64,000 nt of DNA from an uncultured Pseudobdellovibrionaceae bacterium (GCA_964502735.1 CAZCYD010000007.1:24295-88294); one strand, 5' to 3'; shown: positions 10,411-20,533, counted from the stretch's first letter. Notes: a model not told the origin generated them from the letters alone. Translations and numbers: made by a program.

Positions 10411-11646
10411 GTGAGAATAATGCTTAACCCTTCTAAACTCTTTTTTAAATTTGTATTCTTAATTATTTTTGCTTTAGCTTGTCATTTAACTGCAAAAGCT
10501 ACAACTGATGCCAAGGGCATCGAGACTTTATGTGAAAATCTATTGCGAGAAGGGTCTTCTTTAGCCAGTCGGGGAGATGAAGCAAGTATAGAGACCAATT
10601 TTAACAAGTACCTTAAATATTACTCAGAAGCCCTAAATGGTAAAGGCAAAGATTACACTTCAGATCTAATCTTTAAGAGTTTTCAGGTTTGGAGTTCTCA
10701 TTGGCAAGTCATGCAGGATGTGTTCGGATTTAAAATTGGAAATGAAGTCGAAGTTCCTCCTGTAGATCAAATAATCGAAAGTTATAAAAATAAAATGTTA
10801 ATTTATGCTAGAGAAGGAATTATTAATAGTGAAGATATCTTGTTGCCGGCATTTCTTGTTGATGTTGCCGGTGAAAAAATAATTATTCTTTCTCTGCAAG
10901 CTATCCCCAGAGGTGGCACTATTATTTCTGATATTTCAACTGATGATTATAATTTGATGATTTATCAAGGGTATTTTCCAGTTACAGAAACTTTATTTGC
11001 TCATGATTTAGCTCATTTGACGGCTTTTTTGGAAGTTCCTTTGTATATGGCAAATATTAAAAAATTGGCAAGGCAAGCTATTTTAGGAGGACACTTAGAG
11101 TATCCTGCGAGGGCGGCAAGGATTTTTGCAGTGAATGAAAATTTAATTCTTGTTCGTCAAGAGGCAAAACAGCAATTGTTAGCGGATTTGGATTTAGATG
11201 AGAAAATGAGACAGGACTTAGCCCAAGTAAATTTAGAACAAATGATCCAGCACTTAAGCCAAAGGTCTAATTTAGAAATAGAAAAAATTGTGAATCGGCT
11301 GCGCTCAAAATTTTACGAGTATATGCTTCCTCTTGGTGGTGCCTCTCGGGATGGTTATTCTAGTTATTTTGAGGGCTATCATCACAATGGCCCTGTTTTT
11401 AGAATGATTAATGAGTTTGGCAGTTACTCAAGTCGTGACCCTTATCTTCTTCAACTCGCTCGCATACAAGTTGTACTGATTCGTTTGTCGCAAGTGAGCT
11501 TAAATGATTGGTTTGAGGCCATAGATGCCCCGTTTTTAGACAAGAAGTCTCCCCTTGGCAGGCTCTTTTTGGATTATGAGCTTTGGAAAGAATATCCAAG
11601 GTATTTTGAGGTTTTTTCAAATCCTTACTATCAATCAAATTTTTAA
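10411..11646 (+). CDS. Hypothetical secreted protein (no recognisable domain)
   Basis: A long ORF with a signal-peptide-like N-terminus (FKFVFLIIFALACHLTAKA). An alternative ATG lies at 10420. I found no motif I can assign. Confidence 0.6.
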   Translation: MRIMLNPSKLFFKFVFLIIFALACHLTAKATTDAKGIETLCENLLREGSSLASRGDEASIETNFNKYLKYYSEALNGKGKDYTSDLIFKSFQVWSSHWQVMQDVFGFKIGNEVEVPPVDQIIESYKNKMLIYAREGIINSEDILLPAFLVDVAGEKIIILSLQAIPRGGTIISDISTDDYNLMIYQGYFPVTETLFAHDLAHLTAFLEVPLYMANIKKLARQAILGGHLEYPARAARIFAVNENLILVRQEAKQQLLADLDLDEKMRQDLAQVNLEQMIQHLSQRSNLEIEKIVNRLRSKFYEYMLPLGGASRDGYSSYFEGYHHNGPVFRMINEFGSYSSRDPYLLQLARIQVVLIRLSQVSLNDWFEAIDAPFLDKKSPLGRLFLDYELWKEYPRYFEVFSNPYYQSNF

Positions 11647-11745
11647 TTAGCCAATAAATAAATAGGTAATTTACTGCTATTAACTGTTTTCAGCTATTAG
11701 CCATACATCAACTTTATGGCATATGTTTTGCTAGTTTAAACCATC

Positions 11746-13581
11746 ATGATGAATAAAAAACTTGCGAATACAATACTTCTCCTTTCAATGACCATTTTTA
11801 CAATTTCTTCTCCTTTTAAAGCACTGGGCAACAAAAATATTTGTTCAGAACTCCTTGAGGGTGGAAATGATATTAAGATTGTAGCTGATTCGTTGGAGCA
11901 TCTACCTCCAGATTTGTTGAGAATACTGAAGTCGACAATTGTATTACAACTTAGATATCTTTTAGTTAATAGAGATCCTACGCATGATTTTTTGAATTTG
12001 ATAAGTGACACCATAAAATTTTTTCCAGAGTTGAAGCCTGAGATTCAAGACCTAATTAGGGATTACTTTGATAAGAGCACAAAGGTCGAATTCACAAATG
12101 GTGTCTTTGATAGTGTAGGTGAAGATTACTTAACTACGATTCTCAGCGGAAAAGAAATTCCATTAAATAATTTAGAGCCAAAGGAACTAAGATCAGTAAG
12201 AGATTTTTTCGAGCACTATTCATTTGGGGACATTTATACTAGATACTTAGTTTCTGCAAAGAGCTCTCTTCCGGGCCTACAAAAAATAAAGCAGGATTTA
12301 GAAGATAGAGAGGCTCTAGCCCCCAATTTGATAGGATTTCACAAGGATTCTTCTCCTAGTCTAAGATTAAACGATGGATCAGACAATAGGGCGACTAGGG
12401 AATATATATATCAGATGAGAGATTATTCACTGGCTGCGGTTGAACTCGGTCTAGAAGAATTGTCTAGGACCGGAATCGCTCTTTTGTTGCAATATAGGGA
12501 ATATGGTCCCTCTTTGGAGGTGGCCTTAAAGCTAAAAGACGATGTTTTGGTTTTTAACATAGCAAAAATTATCTTATCTGAAGTTTTTAATCATAATAGT
12601 TCTAAAAGTAGAGTCACGGCTAATATGAACTTGGCCCTTTCTGCTCTAGCCTTTGTTAAAGGAGACCAGGGAAACATCGCAAAATCTTTATTAAGGGAAA
12701 TTTCTACGGTCTTGATGAGGACTAAAGAAGAAATGTGGCAAGAACTTGATAGGGTATACAATTGGTCTGTAGCAGCTCTTTTGCTATCAGCTCCAGAGTT
12801 AAAGATAAGGAACACTTCGCCTCCGAGTAAAAGAATTACATCAGGAATCAATATTGGAAAATTGATTGTAAATAACCTGTCTGAATCAGATTTTTCGCAG
12901 ATAGAAAAATACCTGTCGAGAAATAATATTATAGACTATCCATTGTATGTGGTTTTGGCTAGATCGGGTTTGAAAAGGAAGATTGTCTTGAGTTGGATTA
13001 AAAATATTTCGAGGGAGGATTTAGATAGATATGGAGCTAATATAGCCATCTTTAAACTGGCTGCTGCGATTGGAGATATAGATTTAGGATATAATAGGCT
13101 ACATGATATAATGACAAACACATCATTAAGTAAAGCTCAAACCTTTGAGTTTCTAAGAGCTCTAAACTCAACTGATAATGTAAGTGTTAGGTCATTGTTG
13201 GGTACGTTTCTGAAATGGTGCGATGTAAGAGGTAAAAGTCTTCCTGTGGCTGCCGTTCAACTTTATGAAGAATCTTTTCCAGATAAATATCTGGTGGAGT
13301 TTAGCCCAGAATATGATTTTTCAATTGAACCTGAATTGAACTACTCCTATTTTCAGCCCTATTTACTCTGGGGGAAAAAATTAGCACAGTCCATTAGCCG
13401 AAGTCGAAGCCATAACCAAGAAGATCAATACTTCACGCCTGAGGAAATTCACTTACTCAAAACGCCTTCTGAATTTCGGTCCTATATTTCAGGTTTATAC
13501 GCTAAAGAAAAATACAGAGAAGCCATCAATCTTATTATTGCAAGAAGTGGTTTTGAACAAATTAAGCTATCTGTCCATTAG
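11746..13581 (+). CDS. Hypothetical secreted, probably helical-repeat protein (no recognisable domain)
   Basis: A 611-aa ORF with a signal-peptide-like N-terminus (LLLSMTIFTISSPFKALG). I recognised no catalytic motif. Confidence 0.6.
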   Translation: MMNKKLANTILLLSMTIFTISSPFKALGNKNICSELLEGGNDIKIVADSLEHLPPDLLRILKSTIVLQLRYLLVNRDPTHDFLNLISDTIKFFPELKPEIQDLIRDYFDKSTKVEFTNGVFDSVGEDYLTTILSGKEIPLNNLEPKELRSVRDFFEHYSFGDIYTRYLVSAKSSLPGLQKIKQDLEDREALAPNLIGFHKDSSPSLRLNDGSDNRATREYIYQMRDYSLAAVELGLEELSRTGIALLLQYREYGPSLEVALKLKDDVLVFNIAKIILSEVFNHNSSKSRVTANMNLALSALAFVKGDQGNIAKSLLREISTVLMRTKEEMWQELDRVYNWSVAALLLSAPELKIRNTSPPSKRITSGINIGKLIVNNLSESDFSQIEKYLSRNNIIDYPLYVVLARSGLKRKIVLSWIKNISREDLDRYGANIAIFKLAAAIGDIDLGYNRLHDIMTNTSLSKAQTFEFLRALNSTDNVSVRSLLGTFLKWCDVRGKSLPVAAVQLYEESFPDKYLVEFSPEYDFSIEPELNYSYFQPYLLWGKKLAQSISRSRSHNQEDQYFTPEEIHLLKTPSEFRSYISGLYAKEKYREAINLIIARSGFEQIKLSVH

Positions 13582-13849
13582 GTTTTATCCGCAGATTTGG
13601 GTTTTAATAAACTGGTCTTTTCAGGCCAGTTTCACTTTCTACATTTAAATTTGAGCCTCCAGACGTCTCGATAGTTGGCTTGTTATTTGCTACTTATATA
13701 AGTTTGAGAGGGCTCTTAGTGCTATGTATGGGCTCATCTGGGGATAAGAGTGGGGAAAATGTGTGTTATTGAGCTAAAACGACTCCATTTTTTCTAACTA
13801 ATAATAGGGAGTGGTGCCCGAATGACACCGGGACTTGGAGAACGTAAGC

Positions 13850-15232
13850 ATGTATCATAAAGGATCTTTAATAAGAATTGTGAGTCTAGGCTTGTTCATT
13901 ATTTACATATTGATCTCCTCTTTGTCAGCTGTGGCTTTGAGTGTTTCTGATATTAAAAGTTCAAAGGAATCTTCGAAATCTCTAGATCGAGTAAAAGAAG
14001 CAGAACAAAAAAAGATTCCACCGATCGTGCAAATCAAAACATCAAAAAAGAAACTGATGTCGAGAAAAATGGGACTCACTTCAAAAATTACTCACAAAAG
14101 ACTAGAGCGAGCCTATAGTTATGTGCGCCGTGAACAGTACAATCCTGCTATTGAAATCTTTGTAGAGCTATTAAAATCAACTCAAGATAGAGTTGAAGAA
14201 AATGCTCAGATTTGGCAGCAGCTGGGTTTTACTCTAGCTCAAAAAGGAGACTACCAAAAAGCGATTGCAGCTTTAAATAAAGCCCTTGATCTCGATGTTC
14301 TTCCTTATGTTCAAACACTCTCATCGCTTTATACTTTGGCTCAAATTCAGAATGCTCAGGAGAACTATTCTAAAGCTTACAAGAATATGTCTTTGTGGTT
14401 TCACTATGCTGATGATCCTTCAGCTGAAGCTTACATACTTATGGGTAATCTTTTGGCTCAACTTGACTATAAAGAGTTGGCTTTAAAATATGTTAACCAG
14501 GCCTTAATTGAGGCTAAAAATCCTCAAGAAAAGTGGTTGCAATTTGCTCTTGCTCTTAATCACGAACTCAACCAACATGAAAACGCTTTAAAAATACTCG
14601 CTGTTTTAACGGCAACATTTCCGAACAATCCCAAGTATTGGAAACAGCTGACATCGACTTACTTAAGTTTAAACGAAGACAAAAAAGCTCTAGCCACTAT
14701 GGAATTAGCTTATAAGCAAGGTTTTTTAGTTGAAGAGGCAGATCTTTTAAACTTGGTGAGTCTTTATGTTTACTTAGATATGCCACAGGCTGCCGTTGAA
14801 ACTCTAGAAAATGAAATGAAAAACTTGAGAATTTCAGACAGTGCGAAAAACTTGGAGTTGTTGTCTCAAGCCTATTACCAATCACGCGATCGGGCCAATT
14901 CTATGGTGGCATTAAATCGTGCTGCACAAAAATCTGCAAATGGTGACTATTTCGCTCGCATAGGTATGATGCACTTAGAGGGTGAAGAATGGACATCTGC
15001 TGTTGATGCGTTTAGTCGCAGTCTAGTCAAAGGAGTAAAAACGCCAGCTAAGGCTTATTGGGGGCTTGCTGTTGCTAAGTATCAGCAAAAAGATCTTCCT
15101 GGAGCTCTCAATACACTGTTAAAGGCAAGGGCACAAAGCATCGAAGATAAAAATGTCGAGCAGCTAATAGACCAAGTTAAAAACGAGTTAGTTCTGGTCA
15201 GTAGGAACGAACTAGTAAAAATAAATCAATAA
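13850..15232 (+). CDS. TPR-repeat protein (TtpD-like accessory protein of TonB2-type systems, tentative)
   Basis: An N-terminal TM/signal segment is followed by multiple TPR-like repeats (e.g. WQQLGFTLAQKGDYQKAIAALNKALDLD). ATG 13850 is preferred over TTG 13835. Confidence 0.7.
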   Translation: MYHKGSLIRIVSLGLFIIYILISSLSAVALSVSDIKSSKESSKSLDRVKEAEQKKIPPIVQIKTSKKKLMSRKMGLTSKITHKRLERAYSYVRREQYNPAIEIFVELLKSTQDRVEENAQIWQQLGFTLAQKGDYQKAIAALNKALDLDVLPYVQTLSSLYTLAQIQNAQENYSKAYKNMSLWFHYADDPSAEAYILMGNLLAQLDYKELALKYVNQALIEAKNPQEKWLQFALALNHELNQHENALKILAVLTATFPNNPKYWKQLTSTYLSLNEDKKALATMELAYKQGFLVEEADLLNLVSLYVYLDMPQAAVETLENEMKNLRISDSAKNLELLSQAYYQSRDRANSMVALNRAAQKSANGDYFARIGMMHLEGEEWTSAVDAFSRSLVKGVKTPAKAYWGLAVAKYQQKDLPGALNTLLKARAQSIEDKNVEQLIDQVKNELVLVSRNELVKINQ

Positions 15233-15267
15233 GTCTCAAGTGGCCACCTTATTTCATTTCTAAAATT

Positions 15268-15696
15268 CTATTGAAGAAGAGCATTACATAGATTTAGATC
15301 TTTGCCTTTATGGATAGCATCAAAAAAGCTAGCTCTAGAAGTATTTAAATTATTTATGACCCTGATATAAGAAGATAAAAAGAGTTTTCGCCTCTGGACG
15401 TTCTCTAACAGTGATATGTAGTATTCTTTTGATTTATAATAGTTGGAGCCCACTTGTGAGGGGTATGTTTGGTCCCAAATCTCTGCAGTTTCGATTTTAT
15501 CTTTGTAATCAGACTCTTGTTGTTGAGCTAGGCTCATTTGCTCATTTATTAATTCAATATTTAATAAATCACTAATTTTTCTACCATCGTGGCCACTATT
15601 TAAAAATTCTTCCACGCTATACACTCGTCCATAGAGGCCTGGGTCAGTAGGGTCAGGAGCCCGAAAATTCGGTTGAACCATGACCCTTAAGGCCAT
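15268..15696 (-). CDS. Hypothetical protein
   Basis: A 142-aa ORF downstream of, and co-oriented with, the hydrolase/lipoprotein pair. It has no recognisable motif. Confidence 0.45.
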   Translation of the reverse strand: MALRVMVQPNFRAPDPTDPGLYGRVYSVEEFLNSGHDGRKISDLLNIELINEQMSLAQQQESDYKDKIETAEIWDQTYPSQVGSNYYKSKEYYISLLENVQRRKLFLSSYIRVINNLNTSRASFFDAIHKGKDLNLCNALLQ

Positions 15697-15776
15697 TTAA
15701 AAATAGATCATAAGGCATGATTTCAATACTTTCTACAAGCGGGTGTCCACACCGAGTTTATTATTGTGCAAAACCA

Positions 15777-16382
15777 TTAGAATTTAAAAGTCGATGTGCC
15801 GAGAGTGCTGGTTAATATAAACACCGATTTCTGATTTTCTACCTGGCTTAAGGGTATTGCGAAATTCACTATGTAACCCCGGTTAAATCGAGAGTGATGG
15901 GGAAAAAGATTTTTAATTTGTTCTAGATTTTTGGGAAATCTCTCGACCTTTCCTTGGTAGCGAATGCCATCTACCTCAAGGAAGACTTTCCACATGGAGG
16001 CTAGTTTATGTAGATCGTTGTGCTGATTTTTGGGCGTAAACAAGCTTAGGTAAAATTGAGTAGAAGTGGATCTTTTCTGAATAGATCTTTCTCTTTCAGT
16101 TTGGGCTTTTGTCATATCCCATTGCATATAATAACCCTCTCTTTGCAAGAGAGCCTCCTGAGTTTCAGCATTCAAAAGAGTAGCATAGGCTTCGTATATA
16201 TTGTAAAGGCCTTCATATTGTTTATCATTTTGAGTATTTTGAGCTATAAGTTTTTTGTACTTGTTGTCCGGGATGCGCTTAAAAACGAGTTCGAGGTCGG
16301 TTGCCGGCGGAGTTGATGCGCAGGAAATAAGAGTCAAGGCGAGTCCGATTGTCGTTAAAAAAAACAGATATTTTTTTTTCAA
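15777..16382 (-). CDS. Hypothetical lipoprotein
   Basis: It has a lipobox signal peptide MKKKYLFFLTTIGLALTLISC and a 4-nt overlap with the upstream hydrolase gene. Confidence 0.65.
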   Translation of the reverse strand: MKKKYLFFLTTIGLALTLISCASTPPATDLELVFKRIPDNKYKKLIAQNTQNDKQYEGLYNIYEAYATLLNAETQEALLQREGYYMQWDMTKAQTERERSIQKRSTSTQFYLSLFTPKNQHNDLHKLASMWKVFLEVDGIRYQGKVERFPKNLEQIKNLFPHHSRFNRGYIVNFAIPLSQVENQKSVFILTSTLGTSTFKF

Positions 16383-17248
16383 AGCGTATTCTCCTTCTTT
16401 AGTTTTTCAAATTTCTTTAAAAACTGTATTAAGTCTCGTAGGGCCTCATCACGATCAAGATCGTTATAGACTTCGTGTAGGCTTTCATCGTAAATAAATA
16501 TCTTTTTAAGTTTGCTAGAACAGTTTTCATAAAAGCGAATTCCTTGGCTTGTGTCACAAATTTTATCCTGTCCGGCCAATTGAACGAGCAGAGGGAGGGA
16601 AAAGTTCTTTTCATTCTTTTTGATATATTCAATAGATTCGATCATGCCCAGGAATAATCGGGGCGAAATTTTTTCGTGTCGAAGAGGATCTGAAGCATAG
16701 GATTTTGCCTTGTCAATATCTCGAACTAAATCTTCGTAGCGAATTTCATTCCACAGGGTTACGTTGGGTAGCCAATCGGAACCAAACTGTGCGAGACGTT
16801 CTTTCCACTTAGGGACTTGGATTTTAAGCCCAAAACATGGTGAGCTTAAAATAACCCCATCGATGCCACTAATTTCTTTGGAAAGTAAAGTTTTGACAGT
16901 GATCAGTCCCCCCATTGAGTGACCAAACAAGAAAAAAGGCAATGAATTCTTGTAGTGATCTACACAATGTTCGGTAAACTTTATGAGATCCTCGCAGTAG
17001 TCGTCAAATTTTTCTACTACGCCTCGGCGTCCTTCAGACCGTCCATGTCCGTGAAGGTCATAAACAATTACGTTGTAGCTGTACTTGTTGAGGTCTTCGG
17101 CAAAGGCCTTGTAGCATTCCGAATGTTCAGCAATACCATGAGTGACGAGTATAGTCCCTTTAGGCTGTGAGCAACTCCAAATATGATAAAATATTTCTTC
17201 GTTTTTATGACCATTAAAAATGGCCTCAAATTGTTCGCTCATAGGCAA
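16379..17248 (-). CDS. Alpha/beta hydrolase, lysophospholipase / monoacylglycerol-lipase-like
   Basis: It carries the HGIAEHSECY motif and the GHSMGG nucleophile elbow. The length is 289 aa. Confidence 0.85.
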   Translation of the reverse strand: MPMSEQFEAIFNGHKNEEIFYHIWSCSQPKGTILVTHGIAEHSECYKAFAEDLNKYSYNVIVYDLHGHGRSEGRRGVVEKFDDYCEDLIKFTEHCVDHYKNSLPFFLFGHSMGGLITVKTLLSKEISGIDGVILSSPCFGLKIQVPKWKERLAQFGSDWLPNVTLWNEIRYEDLVRDIDKAKSYASDPLRHEKISPRLFLGMIESIEYIKKNEKNFSLPLLVQLAGQDKICDTSQGIRFYENCSSKLKKIFIYDESLHEVYNDLDRDEALRDLIQFLKKFEKLKKENTL

Positions 17249-17399
17249 GTACCTCGCATTCTCACTCTTGACCCGGGCAGTTTAGCATACTTTAATGTTC
17301 CCTATAATGAAAAGGCTTTTAAAAGTGAATACCCAAAAATATACAAAGTGCATCTCGCATTTTCAAAGTCAACTTGTTCAATCTTTCTACATTAGGCCT

Positions 17400-17933
17400 T
17401 TGTTCCTAAAAAATAGAGCTATAGTTGTTCTCTTCTTATTCGTTTGTATAGCAACGAAGTCTACAGCTCAGGACGGAGATCAAGAAGGGGCTCTGTTCAA
17501 TGCCTTATACGAATTTGGGGCTCACGTGGGCAACATATTACCTAATCAAGTAGAGGGAGCGACAGAGATACAGCCCCAGTGGGGTTTGAGGGCCGGATTT
17601 GGGTTGGGGGGAGCGGGAACCTCTGAGTTTACTTTTAACGCCGGAAAAGATCAGGGTGTTGATTGGAAACAGATGAGCGCAAGCGTGCGCATGGATATGC
17701 CGATTGAAGAGTTGGTGGGCCACGTTTATGTAGGTTTAGATCTGACAATGTATGAGAGCGAGATCAAACCCCGTGTAGTTTTAGGAGGGGGGCATATCGG
17801 AGGGGGCGTTATGGCCTTGCTGTCCAAGGACCTTTGGTTTCGGGCCGACATGAAGTTTAATATTAACCCCGGCACATCACTTTTTATTGGAGGGGGTTTT
17901 CTATTTAGGTTTGGCTCGGGACAGGGCTCATAA
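17400..17933 (+). CDS. Small glycine-rich outer-membrane beta-barrel-like protein
   Basis: It has a signal peptide ...AIVVLFLFVCIATKSTAQD, alternating Gly/aromatic beta-strand-like segments and a C-terminal FLFRFGSGQGS. The ORF is open from ATG 17295. TTG 17400 is suggested only because it leaves room for the divergent promoter, so the start is uncertain. Confidence 0.5.
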   Translation: MFLKNRAIVVLFLFVCIATKSTAQDGDQEGALFNALYEFGAHVGNILPNQVEGATEIQPQWGLRAGFGLGGAGTSEFTFNAGKDQGVDWKQMSASVRMDMPIEELVGHVYVGLDLTMYESEIKPRVVLGGGHIGGGVMALLSKDLWFRADMKFNINPGTSLFIGGGFLFRFGSGQGS

Positions 17934-18100
17934 TGCGGGTGGCAAAATATGCTGAAAAATTGAAAATAGTGGAGCTGATGGTCGCAAATTCTTGATCCTA
18001 TGAGTCGAATAAAATTATACTAACGAATGGGTGGGTCTGTAACAGCTTTGAGGTGTATTTTTAAAACTAAGTTTTTCTGCAATAAGGTCCAAGATTCGTT

Positions 18101-20533
18101 GTGTTAAGAATAAACCGGATTTTTCCATGGAAGGTAAATGTGAAATTAAGACTTAAACTTTTATTGCCGGTGGTTCTCTACACTCTCTTGGCTATTGGGG
18201 TAACTTCGTTTATTCTGCTATCTGCAGTTAGTAAAAAAGAGGGGCTCCAGTCCGAGAGCTTAGCTTTGAGTGAAGTGGGGGCTTTAAGCCACAGTCTACA
18301 GCTTTATAGTCTTGAGATAAAAAAAGCCTTATTACATGCGCATCTCAATCAGAATGTTATGGAATTCGGTCCATTTCTGGCCCTAGCCAAGTTGGATAAC
18401 ACCGATTTAACATACAGAGTGTCAAAGTTTTATTCGAGAACTAATAAAATAAAGGAGTCTGTATTTAAGAGTAAAATTCAAGATATGCCTTTAGCTATGG
18501 CTGGAATTAAAAACCAGCTGTCATTTCATATGATGTCTTACTCCCAAAAGAGTCCCTATCTACTGGCTTTTTTAAATGCCAACAATACTATTTTAGTGGG
18601 TTTCCTAAAGCCGCATGATCTTTCAAGTCTGCTGGACTCTAGGCAATCTCCGAAGCATCAGATCTATGTTCTGGCCAACAAGGTCTACGCCATAGCTCAC
18701 CCAGATAAAAAGTATTTGGGCGTCAATATGGACAACCATCCTTTGAGCCGACTAGCACTTGCCTCTAAGCACCAGTCAGGCGTGAAAACATACCAAACGG
18801 AGTTAGGGCATAAAGATATTGTGAGTTTTGACTATGTTGAAGGGACAAATTTAACTGTAGGGGTGAGTCACAGTTTGGCCGGAGGTTTGGTTCTACCATA
18901 TTTGAGCTTCACAGAAACTCTTGTCGCCTTAATTTTATTGCTTGCGGCGGGATGGGCCTCATTCACCATGGCCAGGATTCCCTTGGAGACAAAAATCAGA
19001 GAAATTAAATCATTACTGCAAAAAATAATCAAAGGTGAGCCTTTTGATAATACAGTCTATTTTGCGAACGACGGAGGAGGCTTTGCTCCAATTTTTGATT
19101 TACTTGAGGAGAGGTTAAACTCCCAGAATGAATTTTTATCGACCGATAGCCGATTGGGGAACATGAATAAACAGGATATCGGCGAACAGGACAAAAAAGA
19201 CATCTTCAGAAACTTAAGCTTAACACTAGCTAGCTCGTTTCAAAGGCCGTTAGGAGTCGTCCTCGGGCATCTTCAGATGGCCAAGGTGGAGTCCGAAAAA
19301 GCACTTATTGACGAAAAGATTGATTTGGCCCAGATGGACGTCAGAAAGTTGAGAGCAAAACTAGACGATCTCAACAAAGCCGTTAGTGATCAAAAGCCAA
19401 CATTGAGTCCCCTTTTGTTAATGGATTGTCTGAGCGATTTGATTAGAGAAAAGGTAGATATATTTAATCAAAAGGGAGTCAAGATAACTAAAAATCTGAA
19501 TGTTAAAAAGTACGTACGTACTCATCAGCTGAATCTTGAGAAGAGTTTATCGCTAATAATTGATTTTTTTATTTCTACATTTGCTGAACAGATTCACAGA
19601 GAAATGCAATTTGATCTAATTGATGGGCGAAATGAGCTAATCTTCAAGATAACTTCTAATGCCGCGGAGCTTGAAGTTGAGGATATTGAGAGATGTTTGG
19701 ATCCATTTCGTGAACAAACATCTCATTTTGGAGATAATTTGTCGTTAGCAATTGCAAACTCTATAATTAAGAATTTAGACGGTGTGATTAAAGTTGAAAG
19801 CCTATCTGACTTCGAAGATCCAAGGGGCATTGTTTTTAAAATTTTTATACCGCTGGCTTCCGAGAGAGAAATTGAGGATTACTTTGCTTCAAGGGAATTT
19901 TCTGAGAATAATTCTTTGAAAGCCTCAGATGAGCAAGTTGCTGCGAATTTTGTGGCCGAAACTTTAGGAGAGGATGAGACTTTCGATCAAAAGGCTTCAA
20001 ACCAAGAGGATATAACCAATGATGTTTCACTAAAAACCGATAGCTTCTCGGGTTTTCACTATCAAGAAGATTTAGCGGCAACTCACGTGAAGGTTTCATC
20101 GGAGAGGAGCTTGGAGGAGGATTGCCATGAAAATTATGAGGGAGTGGATTTGTCCAGCGCACAAGAGACTCGAGCTTATGAAACTGATGATCCGAAGTTA
20201 AATAGTTCATCTCCAGAACAAGTAGAAGCTTGTGATGAAGAGTATGATAATGGTGATAGAGATGATGATGATAGAGATGATTTTGTGATGTTAAAACCAC
20301 CAAGGGCTTCAGATATTCCACCTCCGCACATGGAGGTTACAGACCCTTTTCAATCAGTGACTCTAAAAAAACTAAAGGATCAAAATCCTATTCTGAATGA
20401 AGAAATTGTTTTTCCGACCCCTCCAGTTTCAACATCAATAACGTCATTGCAGTCGGCAGAGGCTCAGGGGGAGATAGCTGCAGCAGATTTGAAAGTTAAG
20501 ATTCGCAAACCTAAAGTTAGGGGGGGACATTGA
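18101..20533 (+). CDS. Membrane sensor histidine-kinase-like protein with degenerate catalytic motifs and an acidic low-complexity tail
   Basis: Two TM segments flank a roughly 230-aa periplasmic domain. The HisKA-like helix is SSFQRPLGVVLGHLQMA, with Ser where the H-box His is expected. The HATPase-like region has ITSNAAEL in place of DxGxG and GDNLSLAIA in place of GxGLGL. The C-terminal 250 aa are Asp/Glu/Pro-rich. An alternative GTG lies at 18140. Confidence 0.7.
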   Translation: MLRINRIFPWKVNVKLRLKLLLPVVLYTLLAIGVTSFILLSAVSKKEGLQSESLALSEVGALSHSLQLYSLEIKKALLHAHLNQNVMEFGPFLALAKLDNTDLTYRVSKFYSRTNKIKESVFKSKIQDMPLAMAGIKNQLSFHMMSYSQKSPYLLAFLNANNTILVGFLKPHDLSSLLDSRQSPKHQIYVLANKVYAIAHPDKKYLGVNMDNHPLSRLALASKHQSGVKTYQTELGHKDIVSFDYVEGTNLTVGVSHSLAGGLVLPYLSFTETLVALILLLAAGWASFTMARIPLETKIREIKSLLQKIIKGEPFDNTVYFANDGGGFAPIFDLLEERLNSQNEFLSTDSRLGNMNKQDIGEQDKKDIFRNLSLTLASSFQRPLGVVLGHLQMAKVESEKALIDEKIDLAQMDVRKLRAKLDDLNKAVSDQKPTLSPLLLMDCLSDLIREKVDIFNQKGVKITKNLNVKKYVRTHQLNLEKSLSLIIDFFISTFAEQIHREMQFDLIDGRNELIFKITSNAAELEVEDIERCLDPFREQTSHFGDNLSLAIANSIIKNLDGVIKVESLSDFEDPRGIVFKIFIPLASEREIEDYFASREFSENNSLKASDEQVAANFVAETLGEDETFDQKASNQEDITNDVSLKTDSFSGFHYQEDLAATHVKVSSERSLEEDCHENYEGVDLSSAQETRAYETDDPKLNSSSPEQVEACDEEYDNGDRDDDDRDDFVMLKPPRASDIPPPHMEVTDPFQSVTLKKLKDQNPILNEEIVFPTPPVSTSITSLQSAEAQGEIAAADLKVKIRKPKVRGGH

